Assembly: GCA_964573115.1 (NCBI GenBank)
Contig: CAZNIP010000004.1
Location: 1,190-65,189 of the forward strand
Source of the DNA: an uncultured Desulfohalobiaceae bacterium
Lineage (GTDB): Bacteria > Desulfobacterota > Desulfovibrionia > Desulfovibrionales > Desulfothermaceae
DNA: 64,000 bases
Direction of reading: 5' to 3'
The position numbers were made by a program, and so were the translations under genes. This document shows positions 7,721 to 16,070 of the stretch, piece after piece. The notes under the pieces are model-generated. The model saw only the letters and a program-made list of their open reading frames with translations, was not told the origin of the DNA and searched no databases. How positions within the stretch are numbered: the stretch's first letter is position 1; each line of letters opens with the position of its first letter.

Positions 7721-9597
7721 GAGTCGTCTTCCCTCTGCTGCAAGCGGTTCGAACGGGCTCGCGGGACCTGTTCGGCGGCCAGGCCTTTCGAACCCGGGGT
7801 CTGCTTCAGGCCGGGGCCCAGGGACTCCAGGAGGCCTTGCTTCTGTTTGAAAAACCTTTGTCCGTATCCGGAGCCGGGTTCCAGGAGCCGATCCCGTTCC
7901 CGGGGGTTCAAAAGCCGCATCCCGGGCACGGCCGGGGGGCTGGGGCGCAGCAGATCGAAATCCGGCCCGGCCTCGAGCTCCCCGTCCCAGGCCAGGCCAA
8001 GCCCCGCTGCAACGGGGTTCCGATGGCAGGTTTCGCAGGGCCGGCCCTGACTGCCGGTGGTGTGGGGAACAGAAGGCATGAAGGCCCATCCAGGGGCTTG
8101 CCCGTCGCCCCGAACGGGGATCTCGCTGTCCAGGAGCACCCTGCCTGCTCGATCCACATAGGAGACCTGATACTGGTGCAGAGGCCTCATCAGGCTGATG
8201 CGATTCTGATGGTCAACTCCCAGGACCCTGTTTTCCCACCTCCTGAACCGGTAGCCTTTGAGCCACAGCCCTGTCGTTGTTTCTCCAGTGAGGAGGTCCC
8301 GGGAGGTCGGTGAACCTTCCGGATCTGCCAGGAGCCTGTTCAGTTCGGTCAACAGCCCGGGGTCGCCCTGTCTGGTCAGGTACGTCCAGACGCGAAAATC
8401 CCCGCCGTCCTGTCGCTGCAGGCTCAACCCGTAGTCATGGCCGATCCACCTGGCATGGCAGCTGCTGCAGCGCAGCCGTGAATGGACTGCGGGGTCGTGA
8501 GAGGGGCTCGTGGCACGGAAAATCGGCAGCAGCCTGTTCCTGCCCTGGCGGTCCTGGAAAGACCATGTTCCGTTCCGGTTCTGGAGACCCTCCACCTCGG
8601 GGTTCGGTCCGGCGTCGGAGAACCCGCCGTGGCAGTCCTGGCAGGTTGTACCCGGACTGTCCAGGGCAAAGGCGGCTCGGTGCCCATCCCCCATGACATC
8701 CTGCTTGTGGTGGCAGTCCAGGCAGCTCATGCCCCTTTCCTGATGGACGTCCCTGGCCAGGACATGAAAGGCCCCCTGCGGCATGTCGCGGACCGGGACC
8801 TCCCCCAAAACGGCTTCCTGGAAAAAGGAGTCGTAGTCCCGCTCAAACAGGCCGTGGCCATCCGAGCCAATGGAGTTGGGGCGATGGCACTTCAGGCATT
8901 GGGCGTCAGGAATGTCGGCTGTCAGGCCATGAACCCTGGGGTGGCCCGCGCTGGAGCGGTCGATGGACTGGTCGTTCCCGCGATAGCGGCCGTCAGCCGC
9001 ATACGGCACGTGGCAGGCGGCGCAACCCCTGGCCCTGTAGGGCGGGTTCCCTGCAGCACCCACCGCACTGACGTGGCACTGCAGACACTTGCGCCGCAGG
9101 AGGTCGTCCACCAGGTCCTCGGGTTCTGCCGGGTCTGGAGGACTGTGCGGAAGGGGCTCGAGGGCCCCTCCGGCCCCGTAAACAGCGGGGACAGCCGAGG
9201 CCTGGGCCCCGAAAAGGAACCTGGTCTGGTTGATCATTCCAGCCAGGGTGAGGTGCAGGCTGGTCTGAAACGTCTCCACGTCGTCCTGGTGGCACTGGCC
9301 GCAGACCTGTTCGGCCGAGGCCATCCGCGAAGGGTTTTCAAGGATCGGCGAATGATCGTCCAGCGGCCGGCCGCGATCCTGGCGAAGGAGATGGCAGACC
9401 GGGCAGCCGAAAGTGTGTCCGGAGCCTGGGGATTCGACACCTCGATGGCAGGACAGGCAATCCTGAAAGTCGTGCTCCGGGCTCTTCAGACAGCCTGTCC
9501 CGGCGGCGAGAAGGGTCAGGAGCAGAAGCCCTGCCCGAATGACACCTGATTGGAGAACGGTCTCACACCTCCACGACGAATCGTTCCGTTTCCTCAT
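7717..9597 (-). CDS. multihaem c-type cytochrome, probable lipoprotein
   Basis: 626 aa with an LLAAGTGC lipobox-like signal. It has 10 CxxCH motifs (CLSCH, CPVCH, CGQCH, CLQCH, CAACH, CLKCH, CLDCH, CQDCH, CSSCH, CETCH). It shares blocks with 4440-6254, for example DCH(H/T)..(D/E)(V/I)MGDG. Confidence 0.9.
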   Translation of the reverse strand: MRKRNDSSWRCETVLQSGVIRAGLLLLTLLAAGTGCLKSPEHDFQDCLSCHRGVESPGSGHTFGCPVCHLLRQDRGRPLDDHSPILENPSRMASAEQVCGQCHQDDVETFQTSLHLTLAGMINQTRFLFGAQASAVPAVYGAGGALEPLPHSPPDPAEPEDLVDDLLRRKCLQCHVSAVGAAGNPPYRARGCAACHVPYAADGRYRGNDQSIDRSSAGHPRVHGLTADIPDAQCLKCHRPNSIGSDGHGLFERDYDSFFQEAVLGEVPVRDMPQGAFHVLARDVHQERGMSCLDCHHKQDVMGDGHRAAFALDSPGTTCQDCHGGFSDAGPNPEVEGLQNRNGTWSFQDRQGRNRLLPIFRATSPSHDPAVHSRLRCSSCHARWIGHDYGLSLQRQDGGDFRVWTYLTRQGDPGLLTELNRLLADPEGSPTSRDLLTGETTTGLWLKGYRFRRWENRVLGVDHQNRISLMRPLHQYQVSYVDRAGRVLLDSEIPVRGDGQAPGWAFMPSVPHTTGSQGRPCETCHRNPVAAGLGLAWDGELEAGPDFDLLRPSPPAVPGMRLLNPRERDRLLEPGSGYGQRFFKQKQGLLESLGPGLKQTPGSKGLAAEQVPRARSNRLQQREDDS

Positions 9598-10759
9598 TCC
9601 AGGTCACCAGCACGTACCAGATCGCCATGAGCAGGGACACGGCCACGATGGTCCCCTGATAGCCGAGAATGTCAGGGAGGAAAACTTCGAAGCCCACAAT
9701 CCGCTGCATCAGCTCGGAAGCATCGATCCAGGCACGGACCAGGGAGTTGGACAGAGCAAAGAAGACCAGGGCGAGCATGAGCTTGACCTGACCCTCAACG
9801 GCCCGCCAGGCCGTCCCGCTGCCGCAGCCGCCGGTGACGAGCATCCCGAAACCGAAGATGAAGCCGCCGATGAGGGCCCCGAACCCGAAGTTGGCCGTCA
9901 CGTACGTGGTTTCCATTCTCAGGCCGACCCACTTCAGGGTGGCGAACCCGAGCATGCTGATCAGAATGCTGACGATGACCGTCCTGGTGACCTCTCCGTC
10001 GCCAGTCATGAACGGCTCCCTGAAGCAGCGGGCAAAGCAGAGCCTGGACCGGTGCAGGACAAAGCCGAAGCCCAGGCCGCAAAGCAGCAGGCCGCCAACG
10101 AAGATGTACCCGTAAAACGTGTACACCTCGGAGGCGATGAAGGCCAGGACGATGAGCGCCGCCCCAATCCAGGGCTGGATTCTCTTCCAGTTGAAGCGTG
10201 ACTGCTTGAGCCTCGGGATGTCGGTTTTCCCGCTCCCAAGAGTGATGTTTTCCATTTCCCAGTACAGGTATTTCAACCCTGCCCAGGCACCGAGCATGAG
10301 CCCGGCCATCATCACGAAGCCGCTCAGGGACAGGGCGCTGATGGCGGTGTAGAACCCACCGACATTGCACCCCCCCGCCAGGGCGGCCCCTGTTCCGAGG
10401 AGCAGTCCCCCCACCACCGCCTTGATGCCCTCCAGAAGGGGCGGGACGCGAATGGCGAACTGACCTGCCAGGAGAGCGGCCGCCAGGGCTCCGACCATCA
10501 GGCCGAGCGTCAGAATGGAGTTCGTGGAGACCAGGGCTGAATAGGGCTGCTCTGCATACATTCCCAGGCTGTAAAAGAACCAGTCCGCCCAGTTGCGCAG
10601 TCCGCCGACAACCCCCCAGGGCCTGTCCCAGGCAAAAGTGATCACGGAGAGGATCCCCACCAGGACCCCGCCGGTCATCATGGGCCACGGCTGGACAAAG
10701 ACCTTGTCCCAGGCCTGCTTGACCACCTTGATGAAGACGCTTGTGTTCTGGCTCATCAT
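9563..10759 (-). CDS. YeeE/YedE-family membrane protein (thiosulfate/sulfur-compound transporter-like)
   Basis: 398 aa and polytopic. Two family-typical Cys loops are present, LAGGCNVGGF and VTGGCGSGTAW. Confidence 0.85.
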   Translation of the reverse strand: MMSQNTSVFIKVVKQAWDKVFVQPWPMMTGGVLVGILSVITFAWDRPWGVVGGLRNWADWFFYSLGMYAEQPYSALVSTNSILTLGLMVGALAAALLAGQFAIRVPPLLEGIKAVVGGLLLGTGAALAGGCNVGGFYTAISALSLSGFVMMAGLMLGAWAGLKYLYWEMENITLGSGKTDIPRLKQSRFNWKRIQPWIGAALIVLAFIASEVYTFYGYIFVGGLLLCGLGFGFVLHRSRLCFARCFREPFMTGDGEVTRTVIVSILISMLGFATLKWVGLRMETTYVTANFGFGALIGGFIFGFGMLVTGGCGSGTAWRAVEGQVKLMLALVFFALSNSLVRAWIDASELMQRIVGFEVFLPDILGYQGTIVAVSLLMAIWYVLVTWNEETERFVVEV

Positions 10760-10771
10760 GCACTCCTTTCC

Positions 10772-12448
10772 TCAGCAGCCCTCGTCTTCTTTTGAAAACA
10801 GCCCGGTCGCCTGTCCTCCGGGTTCAGTGACCGGGACGTCAGGTGCGCCAATGCAGCTTGGGTCGTCTTCAGCGCGATCAGCCAGGGCGAAGACCACGGC
10901 CATGTCGTAGGAGCGCCAGGCCAGCTTCGAGGTCGGGTCGGCCAGAATGGCTTTCCAGAAGAGCTTCTTGGCTTCCTGGTACCTTCGGCGTTCAAAGGCT
11001 GTCTGACCGTGACGGATCATCCTGGCGCAGAGCTCCGAATCCGGGGTGGAGACCTCGATGTCGGTTTCGGCCAGGGTTTCCAGGTCAGCTGTGTCCCCGG
11101 CAAGCTCCACAGTGGTTCCCAGGTAGACCTGCTTGCCCACGATATCGATGTTGTCGTTGTAAAAGCGGGCATCATGCCCGGCCTTCTTGAGCATGTTGTA
11201 GGCCATTTCAGCCCGCATGCCGGTGGCACAGTGGGCGACGATCTCCTTGTTTTCGGGAAGCTCGTTTTGGCGCATCTGAAGCTCGTCCAGAGGAATGTTC
11301 ACGGATGGCGGCAGGGAACCGGCAGCCACTTCATTCGGGGACCGAACATCGAGGATCAGGATGTCTTCGGGGTTCTCCTCAATGATTCTGGCGAACTCAC
11401 CTGTGGAGATCTCTCCCGGCAGAGGCTGGGGTGCGTACGCGATCTTCGACACTGGTGCGCCCTGCTTGACCTCCCTTCCGGAGTCAGCCCAGCCCTGATA
11501 GCCGTCTTCGAGGATCGAGACGTTTTTGTAGCCCCAGGAGCGGATGGTGGTGACAGCAGGCTTGAGCCGATTCAGGTCAGTGGCTGTGGAATAGAGGATG
11601 ATCGGGGCTTCCCGGTCCAGGGGGAACCCGCTTTTCCGGTCAGCAATGTCCTCCAGAGGGATGGACACCGCATCAGGGATGTAGCCCTGACCTGCCTGCC
11701 TGGTATCGATGAGCACGTAGTTGCCTCTCCTCTTCGTCAGGTAGGTCCCGGTGGTCAGGAGGACATTCCCCTTCTTTTTCCACCCCGGGGCGCCGTCGTG
11801 GTAGACTTTCACCCTGGTGTAGCCCCACTGCTCGGCCATCTGGGAGGCCATCGGGCTCAGTGTGCAGTGGTTCCCGCCGCAGTAGAAAACGAGGAGCACA
11901 TCTTTGCTGTCCGGGAGTTCGGAGCGCATGGTGTGCATGGAGCTGAAGGGGATGGACACGGAGGTGGGGATGTGGGCTTCATGAAAGCGAAGCCCGGGTC
12001 TGGAGTCCACGAGCAGGTAAGGCTCCCCAGATTCGCCGGCCACGAGGCGTTCGACGTCTTCTGTGGTGGCCAGCTGCTCTCTGGGAATTTCAATGGGAGG
12101 CATGGTCCAGATTTCATCTGCCAGCAGATCCTCGGTTTGCTGCCGGAGCCTGATTTTGATGGGCACCTTCGGGGCCAGCTCAGCAGCCAGGTTCAGCGTC
12201 GTGGCCTGGTCATACTTGACCATGTGGGTTTCTGGACCCACCTTGACCTGGATGGTTCTGGCCTTTTGGGACCGTTTGACGAAGCTTCCGGCAATAACCC
12301 CCTGTTCCTGCTTGTACTCTCCATGACAGCGCAGACACTGCTTGGACACCATGCTCTGCACCGGACGTTCAGCCCCAGTCGCCGCAAGGCTTGTGACGAT
12401 GAGCAGGCTGGCAACGAGCGGGACACCGATTTTGAATGGCTGATGCAT
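10772..12448 (-). CDS. exported monohaem cytochrome c fused to three rhodanese domains and a C-terminal TPR-like segment
   Basis: Has a signal peptide (MHQPFKIGVPLVASLLIVTSLAATGA) and one CLRCH motif. Rhodanese loops are YCGGNHCTLSP (Cys), YSTATD (no Cys) and AHCATGMRAEM (Cys). I chose ATG 12448, preceded by GGAGG, over the track start at 12481. Confidence 0.85.
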   Translation of the reverse strand: MHQPFKIGVPLVASLLIVTSLAATGAERPVQSMVSKQCLRCHGEYKQEQGVIAGSFVKRSQKARTIQVKVGPETHMVKYDQATTLNLAAELAPKVPIKIRLRQQTEDLLADEIWTMPPIEIPREQLATTEDVERLVAGESGEPYLLVDSRPGLRFHEAHIPTSVSIPFSSMHTMRSELPDSKDVLLVFYCGGNHCTLSPMASQMAEQWGYTRVKVYHDGAPGWKKKGNVLLTTGTYLTKRRGNYVLIDTRQAGQGYIPDAVSIPLEDIADRKSGFPLDREAPIILYSTATDLNRLKPAVTTIRSWGYKNVSILEDGYQGWADSGREVKQGAPVSKIAYAPQPLPGEISTGEFARIIEENPEDILILDVRSPNEVAAGSLPPSVNIPLDELQMRQNELPENKEIVAHCATGMRAEMAYNMLKKAGHDARFYNDNIDIVGKQVYLGTTVELAGDTADLETLAETDIEVSTPDSELCARMIRHGQTAFERRRYQEAKKLFWKAILADPTSKLAWRSYDMAVVFALADRAEDDPSCIGAPDVPVTEPGGQATGLFSKEDEGC

Positions 12449-12496
12449 GTCTTTGACCTCCGGCCTTGGTGTGCTCAACACGTCATTCAGGAATGA

Positions 12497-12512
12497 AGCA
12501 AATACAGGGCCA
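12497..12512 (-). promoter_or_regulatory. sigma-54 (-24/-12) promoter candidate for the cytochrome/rhodanese/YeeE/Rieske operon
   Basis: The reverse strand reads TGGCCCtgtatTTGCT, with GG and GC at canonical spacing, about 50 nt upstream of ATG 12448. An AT-rich tract (12520-12560) lies just upstream. Confidence 0.65.
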
Positions 12513-12819
12513 CATCAAAATGAATAGAACATTCTGAATTTATTTTATATTATGGCATGTCCATCAGAGTCTCTGTTCACGAAGTGTTTCGATGACTGAC
12601 ATTTTGAACTCATGTTCACATTCTTGTTCATGCAGCCTGGAACAGGGGCTGAAAACGCTTCTCGTTCCGCCCTGCTCCGATGATCTGGCCTTTTTTTTGC
12701 TTCAGACCATCAGGAGTCATGGCCCTTGACCATCGCGAGACGCCGGAGGCAGGCATGACCTCCCTGAACGTGACGTCTGAACCAGTTGTATCATGAAAAC
12801 GCCTTGAGGAGAACAAGCC

Positions 12820-13221
12820 ATGCTTGAAATGGAGATGTCGTTTCCCGGAGGAATGCGGGTCGATGCCGAGTTTAAGGGCTTCAGGGTCAGCACGGATCAA
12901 CCCCTGGACGAAGGCGGCCACGGCTCGGCACCCGAGCCGTACGACCTTTTCGTGGCCTCCCTGGCCACCTGTGCCGGGGTCTATGTTGTGTCGTTCTGTC
13001 AGGAGAGGAACATTCCCACACAGGACCTGAAAATGCGGCTGACCGCGGAAAAGAACGACCAGACCAAGCTGTTTGAGAAGATCACCCTGTTCATCACTCT
13101 GCCGGCCGAGTTCCCGGACAGATACGTCCGGGCGGTCCAGAAGGCGGCCGGGCTGTGCACGGTCAAAAGGAGCTTGACCGAGCCTCCGGAATTTGAAACC
13201 GTGATCACAAATGGAGTGTGA
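12820..13221 (+). CDS. OsmC-family peroxiredoxin-like protein
   Basis: 133 aa. GHGSAPEPYDLFVASLATCAGVYVVSF...AAGLCTVKRSL shows the two conserved OsmC/Ohr cysteines. A GAGGAG RBS is present. Confidence 0.85.
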   Translation: MLEMEMSFPGGMRVDAEFKGFRVSTDQPLDEGGHGSAPEPYDLFVASLATCAGVYVVSFCQERNIPTQDLKMRLTAEKNDQTKLFEKITLFITLPAEFPDRYVRAVQKAAGLCTVKRSLTEPPEFETVITNGV

Positions 13222-13237
13222 ATCCGGTCGTCATGGT

Positions 13238-13343
13238 CTTGTATGAAACTTCGGAAGAGAGAACCCCTCAGCCTTCGGCAGCTCCCCTGAGTACAGGGGA
13301 GCAGTAAGAGGAGCAGCCTCGAAAGTTTCTGCCTTGATCAAAC
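13238..13343. repeat. mosaic intergenic repeat, copy 1 (module A + module B)
   Basis: cttgtatgaaacttcgg is followed by gaacccctcagccttcggcaGCTCCCCTgagtacAGGGGAGCagtaagaggagcagcctcgaaagtttctgccttgatcaaac. Near-identical copies lie at 21622-21728 and 48043-48221. Confidence 0.85.
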
Positions 13344-13417
13344 CGGTTCATGAGAGCCGGCGGCCGCGTTGACCAGAGGTGAAAAGCTCAAACCGCATCA
13401 ATGAGGAGGTCGCGCTC

Positions 13418-13780
13418 ATGTCCAAGATGTACTTCATCATCTCCAAAGGCTTTGAAAAGGCCGGCGGGGCTACCCGGGCCATGCAGTTCGCCGCCTTTGC
13501 TGCTGAACAGGGCAGCGAGGTCGAGGTGGCCTTGATCGACGATGCCATCCACTGGGCCCAGATCGGGATGGCCGAAGGGATCCGGGCCTCCACCGGGGAG
13601 CACATGCTGGACATGATCCAGAAACTGGCCGCGGCCAACGGCAAGCTCCTGGTCTGCAAGGCCTGCGCGGACAAGCGCTACATCGGCCCGGACGAGCTCA
13701 TCGACAATGCGGTCATCGCCGGGGCAGGGGAGATCGTCCAAAAGATGTGCGACCCTGAGAACAAGGTCGTCTCCTTTTAG
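13418..13780 (+). CDS. DsrE/DsrF-like family protein
   Basis: MSKMYFIISKGFEKAGGATRAMQFAAFAAEQGSEVEVALIDDAIHW...LLVCKACADKRYI. A GAGGAGG RBS precedes ATG 13418. Confidence 0.7.
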   Translation: MSKMYFIISKGFEKAGGATRAMQFAAFAAEQGSEVEVALIDDAIHWAQIGMAEGIRASTGEHMLDMIQKLAAANGKLLVCKACADKRYIGPDELIDNAVIAGAGEIVQKMCDPENKVVSF

Positions 13781-13804
13781 TGTCCCCAGCCATTCCCTTG
13801 TCTT

Positions 13805-13834
13805 CACGGGGCCGAGCCAGGATGCGGCCCCGTG
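13805..13834. terminator. hairpin between convergent genes
   Basis: CACGGGGCCG-agccaggatg-CGGCCCCGTG forms a 10-bp GC-rich stem between the DsrE-like (+) and EBP (-) stop codons. Confidence 0.6.
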
Positions 13835-13837
13835 AGG

Positions 13838-15319
13838 TCATCCTGACCCGGGCTCTGGCTTGAGAGGAATGCCCCACGTCTTCATGCGCTTCCAGACTGC
13901 TGTCCGGCTGATGCCCAGCTGCCTGGCCACCTCTGCCTTGTTCCATTCGTGCTCCTCAAGCAGCTCCAGGAGCCCCTCCTTCTCGATCTTGACCCCTGTC
14001 CGGCGGCCTGTGGACGGGTGCGAACCCCCTTTTTTTCCAGGTCTGCCGCCCGGCCTGCCTCTTTCCCTGACCTCTCCAGGCAGGTCGTTGACCCGGATCG
14101 TGTCCCGGGAGGCCAGGACAAAGGCATGTTCCACAGCGTTCTCCAGCTCCCGGACGTTGCCGGGCCAGTCATAGTCCATGATCAGCCGCATGGCCTGGGG
14201 CTCCATCCCCTTGATGCGCTGACCGGTCTGTTGGTTCTGCTTGGCGATGAAATGGCTGACCAGCAGGGGCAGGTCGTCCCGGCGCTGACGCAGGGGAGGC
14301 AGCTGGATGGGAAAGACCTTGAGCCGATAGTACAGGTCCTGGCGGAAGATCCCCTGGGCCACCAGGGATGCCAGGTCGCGGTGGGTGGCCACGATGACCC
14401 GGATATCGATCTTCCGGGGCCTGGACTCCCCGACCCGCTCCACTTCACGTTCCTGCAGAATACGCAGGAGCTTGACCTGAACGGGCTGACTGAGCTCCCC
14501 GATTTCGTCCAGAAAAATGGAGCCGCCGTGGGCTTCTTCGAAACGGCCCCGCCTGTCCCTGACCGCTCCGGTGAAGGCCCCCTTGACGTGCCCGAAGAGC
14601 TCGCTCTCCAGGAGGGACTCGGTCAAAGCAGAGCAGTTCACGGTCACGAAAGGCTGGTCTGCCTGGTCGCTGTTGTAGTGAATGGCGCTGGCAATGAGCT
14701 CCTTGCCGGTTCCGCTTTCCCCCTGAATGAGGACCGTTGCCCTGCTTGCCGCCGCGGCCCTGACCCTGGAGAAGACCTCCTGCATGGCCTCGCTCTTGCC
14801 CAGGATGTTGGCAAAGCTGTAGTGTTCGGCCAGGAGCCGGCTGGCCTCTTCAGCCTTGTGCCGCGCTCTGTGCAGCTCGGTCATATCGGTCACGGTCTCC
14901 ACAATGCCGATGACCTGGCCATCATCGTCCTTGACCACTCTGGCCTGTTTGATGACCGGGACATCCCGGCCCTCCCGGTGGCGAAGGACGCATTCCCTGG
15001 CTTCAGGGCGCTCACGCTCAAGGATGCCGCACTTGCGGACATCGGCAGGGCAGACCCTGCCGAAGCAGCGGCTGAATCCAAGAATTTCGCAGGATCTGCC
15101 CAGGGCTTCCGAGGAGGCGAAGCCGGTGATCCGTTCCATGGACCTGTTCCAGGAGGTGATTCGGCCCTGGGTGTCCAGGGTGAAGACCCCTTCGGCCATG
15201 GAATCCATGATCTGGTTCAGAAAGCGGACGTTCCAGACCGCATGCGTTGTGTCGGACATGGCCACTCCTTGATCTGCCGGGCATGCTAGGACATCGCCCA
15301 CCGACGAGCGAGTCAGCAC
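13838..15319 (-). CDS. sigma-54-dependent transcriptional activator (PAS + AAA+ + Fis-type HTH)
   Basis: 493 aa with GESGTGKEL, ESELFGHVKGAFTGA and a C-terminal HTH (EVARQLGISRTAVWKRMK). The PAS domain has a Cys-rich stretch CEILGFSRCFGRVCPADVRKC. The start could instead be MSDTTH at 15259. Confidence 0.9.
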   Translation of the reverse strand: MLTRSSVGDVLACPADQGVAMSDTTHAVWNVRFLNQIMDSMAEGVFTLDTQGRITSWNRSMERITGFASSEALGRSCEILGFSRCFGRVCPADVRKCGILERERPEARECVLRHREGRDVPVIKQARVVKDDDGQVIGIVETVTDMTELHRARHKAEEASRLLAEHYSFANILGKSEAMQEVFSRVRAAAASRATVLIQGESGTGKELIASAIHYNSDQADQPFVTVNCSALTESLLESELFGHVKGAFTGAVRDRRGRFEEAHGGSIFLDEIGELSQPVQVKLLRILQEREVERVGESRPRKIDIRVIVATHRDLASLVAQGIFRQDLYYRLKVFPIQLPPLRQRRDDLPLLVSHFIAKQNQQTGQRIKGMEPQAMRLIMDYDWPGNVRELENAVEHAFVLASRDTIRVNDLPGEVRERGRPGGRPGKKGGSHPSTGRRTGVKIEKEGLLELLEEHEWNKAEVARQLGISRTAVWKRMKTWGIPLKPEPGSG

Positions 15320-15321
15320 AA

Positions 15322-15364
15322 AACGTTACCGTAACGTTACCATGGTCTGTCAAGGCCCTTGACA
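15322..15364. promoter_or_regulatory. two perfect palindromes in the EBP/marR divergent spacer (candidate operators)
   Basis: AACGTTAC-C-GTAACGTT at 15322-15338 and TGTCAAGG-C-CCTTGACA at 15348-15364, within a 74-bp intergenic region. Confidence 0.5.
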
Positions 15365-15393
15365 ATCGGCAGACGCCATGAATAATTCGTATC

Positions 15394-15882
15394 ATGAACT
15401 CTCGAAACCATCAGGATCGATCGGAGCAGGCAGGGCTGCTCTGCTTTCAGGCGGAAAAACTGCAGACGTTGATCAATGAGCTCGTCAAGTGCTGCGAAGA
15501 CCGACAGACCTATGAAACCCAGCGTTTTGGCCTGCCCTGCTCCGAGGCCCGCTGCCTCCTGCTCTTCAAGGACGAACGTTACCTGACGGTCAAATGCCTG
15601 GCCAGGAGGATGGGCCTGGCCAAGAGCCGAGTGACCAAGCTCATCAGCGGGCTGCTGGACAAAAAGCTGGTGGAGCGGATCAGCGACCCCCAGGACACGC
15701 GGTACAAGCTGATCTGCCTGACCCGGGCCGGTCAGGACAGGCTCCTCGAGATCGAGTCCTTTCAGCAGCAGCTCTTCACAGACCTCTTGAGCCGGCTCTC
15801 CCCGGAAGACAGGGACCATGCCCTCTTTCATCTGGAAAAGATCCGGGACAGCATGGAGGCTGTCAAGCGAACCCTGGAGTAG
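15394..15882 (+). CDS. MarR-family transcriptional regulator
   Basis: 162 aa. The winged-helix core reads LTVKCLARRMGLAKSRVTKLISGLLDKKLVERISDPQDTRYKLICLTRAG. Confidence 0.85.
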   Translation: MNSRNHQDRSEQAGLLCFQAEKLQTLINELVKCCEDRQTYETQRFGLPCSEARCLLLFKDERYLTVKCLARRMGLAKSRVTKLISGLLDKKLVERISDPQDTRYKLICLTRAGQDRLLEIESFQQQLFTDLLSRLSPEDRDHALFHLEKIRDSMEAVKRTLE

Positions 15883-15917
15883 AAAGGTGCCGATTTTGTT
15901 TCACGGCATGACCTTTT

Positions 15918-15933
15918 TGGCCGAAGACATGCA
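15918..15933 (+). promoter_or_regulatory. weak sigma-54-like -24/-12 element upstream of the MMPL gene
   Basis: TGGCCGaagacATGCA has GG and GC at the correct spacing, but the -12 flank is non-consensus. Confidence 0.3.
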
Positions 15934-16070
15934 ATGATGGTTGCTCTGACTGCTGACCTGAACACCAGTGATCACCTTTCAGGTGAGGACCCTTTGAGCC
16001 CGGGTCGAACAGGACATCGCCGTCCAGCCCCAAACATCAACAACACTGCGAACATCAAGGAAGTCTGTCC

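Noticed and set aside
7721-8089. An N-terminal extension of the Rieske ORF (track ORF 7304-8089).
   Set aside because: The extension lies entirely inside the upstream multihaem cytochrome gene in another frame and is Pro/Arg/Gly-rich. ATG 7720 gives a Tat-like N-terminus and an ATGA stop/start overlap.
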